Of a stretch of DNA of 64,000 bases, positions 1 through 11,420 are shown piece by piece (the first letter of the stretch is position 1; each line of letters begins with the position of its first letter). The stretch lies in NCBI GenBank assembly GCA_963698825.1, contig CAVOSG010000007.1, forward strand, positions 150,548-214,547, read 5' to 3'. The DNA is from Terriglobia bacterium (GTDB taxonomy: Bacteria > Acidobacteriota > Terriglobia > Terriglobales > Acidobacteriaceae). A program made the translations under genes and the position numbers. The notes under the pieces are model-generated. The model saw only the letters and a program-made list of their open reading frames with translations. It did not search any database and was not told the origin of the DNA.

Positions 1-830
1 GACGCCGCGCACTTGCAGGTGAAAATAGCCGTGGCCCATCACCGTGAACAGCACCCAACTGGGTCCGATCATGAGTTCGCCGGCCTTGGCAAATACCGCG
101 GCCAGCAACCGGCGGTCTTTGCGAACGTAGCGCATGCCCTCGAGCACGGGCGACAAGTCGATGGCATCTCGAATGTGTAATGGGGCTGCCGCTTCGGCAT
201 GCGGTTCCTCAAAACTCATGCTCCGAATCAGCAACGCCGAAACCAGAAATGACAGCGCGTTGATCACGAACACTGCATCGCGCCCCAGCAGCGCCGCCAC
301 TACTCCGCCAATAGACGCGCCGACCAGTAGATTGACCGACCAGGTGGCCGATGAAAGAGTGTTGGCCACCAGCACATCTTCGCGGGCGGTGATATTCGGG
401 ACCACCGAGGTGCGGGCGGGCTCGAAGAACGCGGCCATCAGAGTTTCAAGCAGCAACAGCGGGTACACAAACCACACCATCGAGCGGGAGCGCACCAGCA
501 GCATGGCGAAGACGATAACCATGCGCGCCAGGTCGGCGGCGATCATGACGCGCTTGCGGCGCACGCGATCGTTCACCACACCGGCAGCAGGACCAATGAA
601 AGTCTGAGGCAGGACCTGCAGCACGAGGGCCAGCGCGACCGAACTGGCTCGGCCGGTCAACTGCAGCAACAAACTGTAGATCGCCAGCGTGTAAAACCAG
701 TCCCCGAGTTCGCTTACGATCTGCGCCAGCCAAAGCCGGCGAAAATTACGGTTGTGGCGCACCAGCCGCAGGTATGCGGACAGCGAGATCCTCGTGGATG
801 CGCGTTCGGGTTGCAGGTCCATTGGCTGGG
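1..830 (-). CDS. MFS transporter, partial (runs off the window start; start codon at 828-830)
   Basis: Minus-strand translation from ATG (complement of 828-830) gives MDLQPERAS...LWLAQIVSELGDWFYTLAIYSLLL...GPAAGVVNDR..., a typical MFS N-terminus with hydrophobic helices. No stop before the window edge, which is why it is missing from the ORF track. Confidence 0.6.
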
Positions 831-937
831 CGTCGGGCGTCAGACCTCGGACCTCGGCTCAAACCCAGAAAACAGACAGGTAAGGCTGACGTGCGAGGTC
901 CGAAGTCCGACGTCCGCCCAACGACTATAATCTACCC

Positions 938-1270
938 ATGCTTGATGAAAACGATTTTCGCAAGCGCGCCGATAGCGCGCTCGAATCATTGAAGAAGGCA
1001 CTTATGCAGGCCGAGGAGTCCTCCGAAATCGAAGTGGAAGACCAATCCGGCGCGCTGCATGTTTCGTTCGAAGACCGCAGCAAGTTCGTCATCTCTCCGA
1101 ATGCTCCGGTGCGGCAGATCTGGATTTCCGCGTTGGCCACCAGTTTCAAACTCGACTGGTCGGATGCCGGACAGGATTTCGTGTTGTCCAAGACCGGGGA
1201 AGGACTCAAGCCGTTAGTGGCTCGACTGATCAATCAGCAGTTGGGAGAAGATGCGGTCACCCTGGCCTAG
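938..1270 (+). CDS. cyaY: CyaY/frataxin-like iron-sulfur cluster assembly protein
   Basis: 110 aa, acidic. Motif VISPNAPVRQIWISALATSFKLDW matches the CyaY core (IINRQEPLHQVWLA...). Confidence 0.75.
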   Translation: MLDENDFRKRADSALESLKKALMQAEESSEIEVEDQSGALHVSFEDRSKFVISPNAPVRQIWISALATSFKLDWSDAGQDFVLSKTGEGLKPLVARLINQQLGEDAVTLA

Positions 1271-1287
1271 GTCTGGCGTTACTTCCC

Positions 1288-2391
1288 TCACAGTTTCTGC
1301 TTCAAGTGGTCGGCGATCTGCTTGCCGTGGAATCTTCCGTTTTCGATGAAGATCTCGTTGGTCCGCGAGCCCGCCACGATCACTCCCGCCACGTAGATGC
1401 CGGGCACGTTGCTCTCCAGAGTTTGCGGATCGCATACAGGACGGCACTGTTCGGCGGAGAGTTCAATGCCCATCGAGCGCAGGAAATCATAGTCGGGGTG
1501 GTAGCCCGTCATGGCAAAAACAAAATCGTTCTTCAGGCGGACCGCGCCTTCGGGCGTGTCAAGCATGACGGAGTCGGCCCCAATTTCAACGACGTTGGTG
1601 CTGAAATAGGCGGCGATTTCCCGGTTCTTGATGCGGTTTTCGATATCCGGCAAAATCCAATACTTGACGTGGTTGTGCAATTTTTGTCCACGATGCACCA
1701 GGGTCACGCGGGCCCCATGCCGCCAGAGATCAAGCGCGGAAATGGCTGCGGAGTTCTTGCCCCCGATGACCACCACATCCATATCGAAAAACGGATGGGG
1801 TTCGCGATAGTAGTGGAAAACCTTGGGGAGATCTTCGCCAGGAATGTTCAGCGGGTTGGACAAATCATAGTAACCGGTCGAAACAATCAGCTTGCGGGTG
1901 CGGTAGTCGTAAATGCGTCCCAGGCCGTCGGTGGCCGCAATTTGAAAATTCCCGTCGCCGCCGGTCACCGTCTTCACCCATTGATATTGGCGAATATCGA
2001 GGTGATAGTGCTCGGTTACTTTGCGATAGTATTCGAGCGCCTCCTCCCGTGTAGGCTTTTGCCGGGCCGTGCTGAAGGGAATGTCGCCGATTTCCAGCAG
2101 CTCCGGCGTGGTAAAGAACGACATGTTGGCGGGATAGTTGTAGATGGAATTGACCACGCATCCCTTGTCGATGGCCATGGTCTTGAAGCCGGCGCGCTGG
2201 GCCTCGATGGCACAGGCCAGGCCGGTCGGTCCGGCGCCGATCACCACCACGTCGGCAGACGTATCCGGTTCGCCCTTGGTCCGCGGACGCGGAAGCGTGT
2301 CAGGAATCTGCTGGGTCACGCCGGAAATTTGTTTGGTCACCAAAGTCGTTCGTCCCGGATGAAGTAGGTTTGTTGTGCCCAGGCATGGCAC
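1288..2391 (-). CDS. YpdA-family FAD/NAD(P)-disulfide oxidoreductase (thioredoxin-reductase-like). True start probably downstream of the ORF start.
   Basis: VVVIGAGPTGLACAIEA FAD-binding motif and a second Rossmann motif VVVIGGKNSAAISALDL. Overall architecture is pyridine nucleotide-disulfide reductase (YpdA-like). Confidence 0.7.
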   Translation of the reverse strand: MPCLGTTNLLHPGRTTLVTKQISGVTQQIPDTLPRPRTKGEPDTSADVVVIGAGPTGLACAIEAQRAGFKTMAIDKGCVVNSIYNYPANMSFFTTPELLEIGDIPFSTARQKPTREEALEYYRKVTEHYHLDIRQYQWVKTVTGGDGNFQIAATDGLGRIYDYRTRKLIVSTGYYDLSNPLNIPGEDLPKVFHYYREPHPFFDMDVVVIGGKNSAAISALDLWRHGARVTLVHRGQKLHNHVKYWILPDIENRIKNREIAAYFSTNVVEIGADSVMLDTPEGAVRLKNDFVFAMTGYHPDYDFLRSMGIELSAEQCRPVCDPQTLESNVPGIYVAGVIVAGSRTNEIFIENGRFHGKQIADHLKQKL

Positions 2392-2526
2392 GCGTGAATG
2401 CTCTGGCCCTGGAAGATAACGATTCTAGCATGCGGCAAATGCAGTATTGGATGGCCAGGACCATCCTCAGCGGGTTTCGCTATAAAATATCAGGACAAAA
2501 CTTCACCAACTTCGGGAGATCAATTC

Positions 2527-3546
2527 ATGCCGGGAACTCAAGCAACTGCACCGCCTTCTCCACAGCTGTTTTTTGAAACGGTCACTGCCTTTCATAAGAC
2601 GGAAGCCTTGAAAACGGCGATCCAACTGGAAGTCTTTACCGCGATCGGAGAGGGCAACCAGACGGCGGACAGCATCGCCCGGCGCTGCCAGGCTTCGGAG
2701 CGGGGCATACGCATTCTTTGCGATGCGCTGGTGATCATGGATTTCCTCAAAAAAGAGGGCACGCGCTACAGCCTCACCCAGGACTCGGCGATTTTTCTTG
2801 ACCGGCACTCGCCCGCCTACCTTGGTGGCTCAATCCAATTTCTGCTGTCACCTCCGTCGCTGGAGGGCTTTCGAGAGCTGACGGCGGCGGTCCGTAAGGG
2901 CGGCACCGCGATCGAGCACAACAGTACGGAACCCGAACACCCGATGTGGGTGGACTTTGCCCGCGGCATGGCGCCCTTGATGAGAATGCCGGCGGAACTG
3001 ATCGCGAAATTGTTGCAGGCTGACCAGGGACAAAAGTGGAAGGTCCTCGGCCTTGCCGTGGGCCACGGACTCTTCGAGATCACCATCGCCGCGCATGACC
3101 CGAACGCGGAGGTATGGGCTGTGGATTGGCCGAAGGTGCTCGAAGTAGCTCGTGAGAACGCCGCGGCTGCGGGGGTTTCCGCGCGTTACCACACGATTCC
3201 TGGCAGCGCTTTCGATGTGGAGTATGGCAAAGACTACGACCTGGTCCTGATTACGAATTTCCTCCATCACTTCGATGTGCCTACTTGTGAGAAGCTGCTG
3301 GCTAAGGTCCACGCGGCGCTGAAGCCCGCAGGGCGAGCGGTAATTCTAGAATTTGTTCCCAATGAGGACCGGGTTTCGCCTGCGATTCCGGCACATTTCA
3401 GCCTGACCATGCTGGCGGGAACCCCTGGCGGGGACGCATACACCTTCGCCGAACATCAACGCATGCTACGAAATGCAGGCTACAGCTCGGTGGAGAATCA
3501 TCCCCTGCCGCCGACGTTCTTCAATGTGGTGATTGGGAAGAAGTAG
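2527..3546 (+). CDS. Class I SAM-dependent O-methyltransferase (COMT-like, family 2)
   Basis: N-terminal dimerisation region, SAM-binding block VLGLAVGHGLFEI...VDWPKV...DLVLITNFLHHF. Start taken at MPGTQATAPP, an internal Met of ORF 2398..3546. Confidence 0.75.
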   Translation: MPGTQATAPPSPQLFFETVTAFHKTEALKTAIQLEVFTAIGEGNQTADSIARRCQASERGIRILCDALVIMDFLKKEGTRYSLTQDSAIFLDRHSPAYLGGSIQFLLSPPSLEGFRELTAAVRKGGTAIEHNSTEPEHPMWVDFARGMAPLMRMPAELIAKLLQADQGQKWKVLGLAVGHGLFEITIAAHDPNAEVWAVDWPKVLEVARENAAAAGVSARYHTIPGSAFDVEYGKDYDLVLITNFLHHFDVPTCEKLLAKVHAALKPAGRAVILEFVPNEDRVSPAIPAHFSLTMLAGTPGGDAYTFAEHQRMLRNAGYSSVENHPLPPTFFNVVIGKK

Positions 3547-3563
3547 TCGCCGGAGTTGAAGTT

Positions 3564-3667
3564 CCTTTGCGCCCTTTGCGGTGTTTCTTTGCGCTCTTTG
3601 CGGTCAAAATCTTTAACCAAACATCTTTAGCCGCAAAGACGCAAAGGATTCGCAAAGAGCGCAAAAG
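3564..3667. promoter_or_regulatory. Array of 8 heptamers (4x CTTTGCG, then 4x CGCAAAG) forming a long imperfect palindrome upstream of fumC. A TATAAT box lies at about 3702.
   Basis: Direct reading: cCTTTGCGccCTTTGCGgtgtttCTTTGCGctCTTTGCGg ... cCGCAAAGaCGCAAAGgattCGCAAAGagCGCAAAag. Confidence 0.5.
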
Positions 3668-3751
3668 AAAACCGCCATCCTCATCGCTTCGTCTGGTCCG
3701 CGTTATAATTCCCGGTTGCCCTTATCCCCACGGACTGATCGGGAACACTAC

Positions 3752-5155
<1,404 letters not shown>

Positions 5156-5158
5156 AGG

Positions 5159-5506
5159 CTATGACTCCGCCAGGCCCAGCAGCGCCATGAGGCGCTCGCG
5201 CACCGCTTTCATCACCTCGGCCGGCGCGGTGTCGGTGTACTTGGCGTTGCGCGCCCGCCAGTCAACATTCTTAATCGCATCGGCGAGAACAACTCCAGTT
5301 GTCCTGATCTGAACTGGGAGTGGAACTTCGAAGGGGTAGCCTTTCTCTCGATTGGTAATCGGAACCACCACCGCGAGCCCGGTTTTTGCGTTGTAGATTT
5401 TAGGGGAGAGCACGAGTGCCGGACGCCAACCGCCCTGCTCGTGGCCGGTTCGCGGATCCAAATCTATTTTGATGATGTCCCCTACATCGGGAACGTAGGC
5501 GGCCAC
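5159..5506 (-). CDS. mazF: MazF/PemK-family toxin (mRNA interferase)
   Basis: DIIKIDLDPRTGHEQGGWRPALVLSP...GLAVVVPITN is the PemK/MazF fold signature. Start overlaps the stop of the upstream antitoxin gene (ATGA). Confidence 0.8.
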   Translation of the reverse strand: MAAYVPDVGDIIKIDLDPRTGHEQGGWRPALVLSPKIYNAKTGLAVVVPITNREKGYPFEVPLPVQIRTTGVVLADAIKNVDWRARNAKYTDTAPAEVMKAVRERLMALLGLAES

Positions 5507-5763
5507 TACCAGACTTCCTTGCCAACCTGGTCAGACCACTCCTGCTCTGGATAGCGATTTTTCGGCGTGATGCCTGCGACGAGGGATTCCAGTGTCATCT
5601 TCGGGTTCAGCGGCCTAATGAGGATGCGCCCTTCCTGGACCTGGATTTCGAGTTCATCGCCCGCTTGCAAGCGCGCTTGCTCGACTACAGTTTTAGGAAT
5701 GCGAACCGCTTGACTGTTACCCCACTTGACGAGTTGGGAGCGAATGGCCGGCACTAAGTCCAC
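5506..5763 (-). CDS. mazE: MazE/AbrB-SpoVT-type antitoxin
   Basis: 85 aa with LVKWGNSQAVRIPK swapped-hairpin AbrB/MazE motif. Immediately upstream of, and translationally coupled to, mazF. Confidence 0.7.
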   Translation of the reverse strand: MDLVPAIRSQLVKWGNSQAVRIPKTVVEQARLQAGDELEIQVQEGRILIRPLNPKMTLESLVAGITPKNRYPEQEWSDQVGKEVW

Positions 5764-5775
5764 CTCTGATTCGCT

Positions 5776-5799
5776 AGTATATACATAAGTATATACATT
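5776..5799. promoter_or_regulatory. Tandem GTATATACAT direct repeat / palindromic TATATA cores just upstream of mazE; candidate operator
   Basis: agTATATACATaagTATATACATtt lies 13-36 bp upstream of the mazE start. Confidence 0.4.
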
Positions 5800-6722
5800 T
5801 CAAATCGATTGTTCGCCAGTGTTTTCAATCAGTTGGCTGCCGGGTGCGCATGGAATCCGCGCCTCCGCCTTCTTTTTCGTAGTTGTGATCGTGACCACGC
5901 TCACCAGAACCAGCAACGTCCCCAGCAGGGTGCGTGAGCCAACGCTCTCGCCACCGACAAAATATCCCAGAGCGACCGCGACCACCGGGTTCACATACGC
6001 GTAGGTCCCCACTTTGGTCGGCGATTCGTAGTGCAACAGCCAGACGTAGGCGGTGAATCCAACAATCGAGCCTGCGATGATCAGGTACACCAGCGCGAAC
6101 CAGGCTTTTTCGGAGACCGCCTGCAGGCGAAAACCCGTGAACTCGCCAGTCATTGCTGCCAGCACGAACAGCAGCGCTCCTCCGGTGAGCATCTGGGCGG
6201 CGGCGCTCATCGCCTTCGACGCCGGAAGCGGAACCCGGCGGGTCAGAATCGTGGCGATCGACCAGGTAAAGGATGCCACCAGCAACGCGATCGCGCCCGC
6301 CCGATCGATGGGAGCCTCGGCCAGAGAAAACGAACGGTTCACCAGCACCGCCACGCCGAAAATACCTACGAGCAGAGCAAGGCCGAGTCTGACCGTAAGC
6401 TTTTGCGTACGCAGGAAAATAATTTCCAGCAGAGCGATGAAGACCGGGATGGTCGCCAACACCACGGCCGTAACTCCGGAGGGCACGCGCTGTTCGGCCC
6501 AGAACAGGCATCCGTAGTCGAGAACAAAAATGAGCGCCCCGAGCGCTGAGGCCGAGACCCACTCTCGCCGGTTGGGCGCCGCAGTGCCCTTGAGCCGCAG
6601 CCAGGCGTAGAGGACGACAGGCCGGCCGTAAAAAAGCGGAACGCCGCCAGCAGGAACGGAGGAACTTCGCGAACCCCGACGCGGATCGCCAGGAAGGTCG
6701 ATCCCCAGACGAAGTAAATCAT
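5800..6722 (-). CDS. EamA/DMT-family transporter; one frameshift near the A6 run at about 6630
   Basis: N-terminus MIYFVWGSTFLAIRVGVREVPPFLLAAFRFF (ORF 6366..6722) continues in another frame as ...ALGALIFVLDYG...TAYVWLLHYESPTKVGTYAYVNPVVAVALG (ORF 5800..6798). These are the two EamA domains. Confidence 0.55.
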
Positions 6723-6949
6723 GGAGAACGCCAGCAGGATTTTCCAGGTCGGCGGCCGGGCCTCTGTCTTCCATCCGGATCTCCGCTAGTTCTGCCATGG
6801 CTCTCGATGCGGTCTCTTCATAGATGTTCTGGCAGTATTTTCGGAAGCACTTTATGTCATGAAAGATTCTTATGCGGAGGAGGATTTCCGTTCATGACCG
6901 CTAGAGCCGGCTCTTCGCGAAGGACAAGCCGCTCAGGCTCGCTATGCGC

Positions 6950-8193
6950 TCAAGAGCCACATCCTTGGCCGCAACCAGAACATGGAAGCTTTCGCCCATG
7001 CCGGCCGGCGTCACCAGGTGTTTGAGCTGCAGCGCAACTTTGGCGCGCTCCTGCGGCAAGACGGCAGTCCTCGAAGGCGTCGGCAAATTGATTGGCCTCT
7101 CCGATTCCCATCAGAAATTGTGATTGGGTGAGAGGCGGCTGCACTTGCATGCCATTTTCCTCCGCCGCCGCGGCCAGAGCGGTAAAGTTCACGTGCGCCG
7201 TGATGTCCTGTTCGCCCGGGGCGTCATAAGGATTGGGCGTGGCGGAGTGTTGACGATAGGACATCAGAGTTCCGCGATGGCGGCCGGCAAGCTGTTCCTG
7301 GCGAGTGTAGCCATAGTCCACCGCGATGATAATGCCCTGGCGCAGGGATGCGGCAAGGCGCGCCATGTAGCGATGCGCCAGCAGCGGAACTTCGATACGC
7401 TCTCCCGGCTCGGGATGCACGCCGTAGCGGTCGAGAAATTCCAATTCTTCCGCGGAGGGCGGAACCCAGGTTTCGACGAAGCGGCCGTCTTGGGCCGAGA
7501 TGCGCAGCGCTCCCTGCGGGCTGAGAATCTCTACCGGAAGCGCGTCGAAGAATTCATTGGCGAAAATGATGACGGGAACCTCGGCGGTCAGAGCCCGCTC
7601 GTCCAGAGCGCTGCCAGGCACGACCAGAGTTGTGCCCTACCTGCCTTTTCTCCACTGGTGTAGAAGCTGTCGGCAGCATCGCGCGAGAGCGCCTTTGCTC
7701 GCGCCGCCTGAACCGGTCGGAGAACCAGGGCATCAGCCCCGATGGTCATGTTTCTCGGTGGCATCGCAGAAACCGAAGACGCTTTGCCGCTTTCGAGAAA
7801 TCTGGCGAGCACCTCTCTGATCCGGTCGCGCAACGCCGGAGAGCGTTCCGCCAGGGAATAGTGCAGCGCCTGGAAGAACTCCGGGAACTTTTTCTCCGAC
7901 CAGGCGAGCACATCCTGCGCAAACAATCCGCGGCCGGGGCCGAGTTCCAGAATTTCAATCTCCGCGGGCGAGCCCAGCGCCTTCCAAATTTCTTCAAACT
8001 GGCGCGCCAGCAGGCGGCCGAAGACAGCATGCACGTCACTGGAGGTATAGAAGTCTCCCGCCTTCCCGAACTGCTCGGCGTTGCGCGAGTAGTAGCCCAG
8101 TTCGGGATGGTACAGACACAACTCCATGTAGCGCGAAAACGGGATCGGCCCGTGCTCGCGCATTTCCTCTTCAATGATCTGGCGCAGGCTCAC
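6950..8193 (-). CDS. MidA/NDUFAF7-family class I SAM-dependent methyltransferase (DUF185); one frameshift near 7640-7700
   Basis: ORF 7588..8193 (YYSRNAEQFGKAGDFYTSSDV...ILELGPGRGLFAQDVL) plus ORF 6950..7621 (VPVIIFANEFFDALPVE...) together reconstruct a MidA-like protein. An in-frame stop lies at 7637-7639 in the second frame. Confidence 0.6.
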
Positions 8194-8492
8194 AGGCCTT
8201 TCCGTTGGCGGTCGGCCCGATCCTGCGGCGTGCGGATGAACATCTCGACCATATAGTCGTGCAGGCAGTCATAGAGCTGGCGCTGGAATCCCCACTCGAA
8301 CTGGGGATGATCAAGGTCGCGGGGATGAAGCTCGAAGTAATAGGTATGCACCGGCACCGAAGGATTCTTGAATTGGATGATGACTTCCACTGCCTCGCCC
8401 TTGGCGCGGGCGGAGAAATCCAGCAGCGGGTGCTCGTAGAGTTTCAGTTGCGCCAGAACACGTTCGAGCTGAGGGTTCGGGTCGTCGGTCAC
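8190..8492 (-). CDS. Hypothetical protein, 100 aa, translationally coupled to the MidA-like gene
   Basis: Clean ORF. Its stop overlaps the downstream gene start (8190-8193). No family recognised. Confidence 0.45.
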   Translation of the reverse strand: MTDDPNPQLERVLAQLKLYEHPLLDFSARAKGEAVEVIIQFKNPSVPVHTYYFELHPRDLDHPQFEWGFQRQLYDCLHDYMVEMFIRTPQDRADRQRKGL

Positions 8493-8546
8493 GTCCCAAT
8501 TCTATCGGGAGTTGGGGTTTCGTGTGGGAGGCGGGTCAGTTGAGTT

Positions 8547-8651
8547 CCAGTTTCTGGTTTCTGGTTTCGAGATCTGATAGTCTGAAGTCAGAAAGCTTGC
8601 CGGAAATTGGATATCGAAACTAGAAATTGGAAACCAGAATCTAGAAACCAG
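8547..8651. repeat. Inverted repeat built from tandem heptamers (TTCTGGT x3 / GAAACCAGA) flanking an approximately 60-nt loop
   Basis: ccagTTTCTGGTTTCTGGTTTCgag ... ggAAACCAGAatctaGAAACCAGttctc. Confidence 0.6.
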
Positions 8652-8658
8652 TTCTCAG

Positions 8659-9898
8659 TTATTCGTATCTTAGGGCTTCGATCGGGTCCAGCTTGGCTGC
8701 TTTGATCGCGGGCAGCATGCCGCTGACGATCCCCACAAAGCTCAGAATGCCGGTGGACCAGATCAGCGTAGCGGCATCGATGGTCAGATGAATGTCGCCT
8801 TCGTCGGCATCCTCTTCAAAAGCGCTCCAGAGCGTCAACGAAGGCACGGACCACGAAACCAGATAGGCGAATGCCACTCCCAGCAGTCCGCCGAGCGCGG
8901 TAATGACCAGGGCCTCGGCCAGGAACTGGAACAGGATGTGCCAGCTCTGGGCGCCCAAGGCTTTTTCCACGCCGATTTCACGGGTACGCTGGGTCACCGC
9001 CACCAGCATGATGTTCATCAGTCCCACTCCGCCAATACCCAGCGTCAGCAAGCCGATAAAACCCAGCAGCACCTTGATGCCGGTGGTGATGACTTCCAGA
9101 TCAGCCAGGTCTGAGAACACATCGAAGATGAAAATCGCCCGCTCGTCCTTGGGATCGAAGTCGTGATGAAACGCCATGGAATGACGCAGCGGCTTCGACC
9201 ACTTTCATATGGTCGCCCTCATATTCCATGACGATGGAGTTCAGGTAGTAGGTATCTTTCAGATCGCTCATCGCGCTGTAGGGCACGTACACATGCTCAT
9301 TCAGATTGTCGTCGCTGTTGTTGATCACGTGCTTCAGAACGCCGACGATTTGGTAGGAAATGCCGTCCACGCGAATACTTTCCCCGATGGCATTCTGGCC
9401 GGAGAACAGCTTTTTCTTGACGTCCGCGCCGATAAACGCCACACGAGTGTGGGTAAAATCCTCAGCCTCGCTGAAGCGACTCCTTCGGCAAATTCCATGC
9501 GGCGCATGCGCGGATAAATCGCGTAGACCCCGCTCACCCCATAGCTGGCGCTCCGCGTCCCGTAGGCGACCGCGCACTGTTTGAAGACCTCAGGCGAGAT
9601 TCGCTTCAGCAAAGGCACTTCTTCACGAATGTATTCCAGGTCGTTGATCGTCAGCTTGACTTCACTTCCGGCCTTGGTGCCGCCGGCCTGGTGCGAAGTC
9701 CGTCCGGGAAACACGAAAACCAGGTTCGTCCCAAAGGATCGAAACGCAGCCCATCAAGCCGCGTTCGAAGCCCGACCCGTAGGCCAGCAGCAAAACCACC
9801 GTGGCAATGCCCCACGCCATGCCCAGCATGGTAAGGGCGCTGCGGCGCTTGTTGAACCGCAGCGCGCTGTAGGCTTGGGTTCCCAGATCTTGAATCAT
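8659..9898 (-). pseudogene. MacB-like ABC transporter permease (FtsX family), broken by at least 3 frameshifts
   Basis: Four consecutive minus ORFs in different frames cover one gene. These are 9662..9898 (N-terminal TM, LRFNKRRSALTMLGMAWGIATVV), 9334..9714 and 9101..9577 (MacB periplasmic domain), and 8659..9177 (FtsX C-terminal TMs, VAVTQRTREIGVEKALGA). Confidence 0.6.
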
Positions 9899-9902
9899 CG
9901 GA

Positions 9903-11150
9903 TTACTCCTGCCTCATGGCTTCCACCGGAACCATCAGCGCCGCTTTTCGCGCCGGATAAATTCCCGCCATGATGCCCGCAATCGCCAGCGAAAAAATTG
10001 CCGCCAGTGCCGACATCGGCACAATCCGCGGCGTATCGAATCCCTGCGGCGAAGGCAATTGTCCCAACAGAGTCATGAATCCGCCCGCAATTAAAAGCCC
10101 GATCCCTCCGCTGAACATCGTCAGAAACATGCCTTCAATAAAGAACTGCGTCAGAATATTGCGATGGGTGGCGCCCAACGCCTTGCGCAGGCCAATCTCC
10201 CGCGTTCGCTCCGTGACCGAAACCAGCATGATGTTGACAATGCCGATCGCTCCCAGCCCCAGCGTCACAAATCCCACGACCCCCAGAAAATAGTCCATGG
10301 CATCAAAAATCTTGCCCACACGCTGCGAGTTCTCAATCGTGTCCCAGTCCTCAAACGCATCTTCCAGCTTGGGATCGAAACCATGGCGGCGGGCGATGAT
10401 CTGATGGACTTCCTCTTTGGATCGCAGGTGCTGGGCTTTATCCAGCGGCCGGTAGTTAATGAACGAGACCGCGTTCTCCGCGTTCTCCTGCTTCAATGGA
10501 AACAGGTCGCGCATGGTTTCGACCGGAACAAAGATGCGCGCGTTCGTGCCGTTGTTGCCGTCCTGTCCCACCTTCGCCAGCACCCCGATCACGTCAAAAC
10601 GAACTCCGTTGAGCAGCAGCGTGGCCCCCACGGCTGGCCGTCCCGGGAACACATTCTTCAGCAGTTCCCACCCCACCACCGCCACCCGGCGATGTTGCGT
10701 GTTGTCGTCCTCATTGAACCAGCGGCCGGTGCCGATGGGCATCGTGCGAATCTGGTTATAGTCCGGAGCCACGCCAAAAACCTGGCCATTGGTGGACCCA
10801 TAGTCGCTGACCGCGCGGATGTCCTCGCGATTGATCACTGGTGAGATCACGCGCAACGTGTGCGCCTCATCACGAATCGCCAGATAGTCGTCGTAGGTGA
10901 AGTGATAGGTCTGCCCGGATTGCTGGTTTCCCGCCACCGCCGGAATCCGCCCCGGGAAAATAAACATGATGTCCTGGCCAAGGGTTGCCAGTTGCTTCAC
11001 CTGGCCGCTGCGGAAACCTTCCCCCAGACCCACCAGAAGCAATAACGAGCCCACGCCCCACGCAATCCCGAACATGGTCAGGAACGAACGCAGCTTGTGC
11101 GCCCACAGGGTGGCCAGCGACTGGCGAACGATATCGAGAAGCGTTCTACA
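9903..11150 (-). CDS. MacB-like ABC transporter permease (FtsX family), intact. N-terminus extends upstream of the first ATG (11075) with no canonical start found.
   Basis: 390-aa ORF with FtsX C-terminal module VSVTERTREIGLRKALGA. The frame remains open upstream (..LLDIVRQSLATLWAHKLRSFLTMFGIAWG) to about 11150. Confidence 0.7.
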   Translation of the reverse strand, partial: CRTLLDIVRQSLATLWAHKLRSFLTMFGIAWGVGSLLLLVGLGEGFRSGQVKQLATLGQDIMFIFPGRIPAVAGNQQSGQTYHFTYDDYLAIRDEAHTLRVISPVINREDIRAVSDYGSTNGQVFGVAPDYNQIRTMPIGTGRWFNEDDNTQHRRVAVVGWELLKNVFPGRPAVGATLLLNGVRFDVIGVLAKVGQDGNNGTNARIFVPVETMRDLFPLKQENAENAVSFINYRPLDKAQHLRSKEEVHQIIARRHGFDPKLEDAFEDWDTIENSQRVGKIFDAMDYFLGVVGFVTLGLGAIGIVNIMLVSVTERTREIGLRKALGATHRNILTQFFIEGMFLTMFSGGIGLLIAGGFMTLLGQLPSPQGFDTPRIVPMSALAAIFSLAIAGIMAGIYPARKAALMVPVEAMRQE

Positions 11151-11420
11151 TGGTCCCCTATGGGGGCGCGGGCGTCCACGCTCGTGCTCTCCTGCACGTC
11201 TTACGCATTTAGCCCCCGGAGAGTTCGCGTCAAGTTCCCTCGATGTTGCTTTTCAATCACTTGGACTGGGTTCAGGGCAAAAGGATAGCCGCTCATCTTT
11301 CAGCCGACCCTCTGTCCGTTTTTTACACTGCTATCCAGACGTTTGTCTTCCCGTCTAAACGCTCGTTCTTTAGCGCAGGTCCGGCTTTCTCAAAAACAAT
11401 TCGAAGCGGAGGGCTGTTCA

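Noticed and set aside
134-607. 157-aa plus-strand ORF at the window start
   Set aside because: S/T/A-rich nonsense translation, antisense to the MFS transporter gene on the minus strand.
6366-8193. EamA and MidA-like genes as genuine pseudogenes marking a decaying accessory island
   Set aside because: The same kind of single-base frameshift also hits essential genes (dxr, ispG, cdsA, era) elsewhere in the window, so assembly indels are the more economical explanation. Kept as frameshifted CDS.
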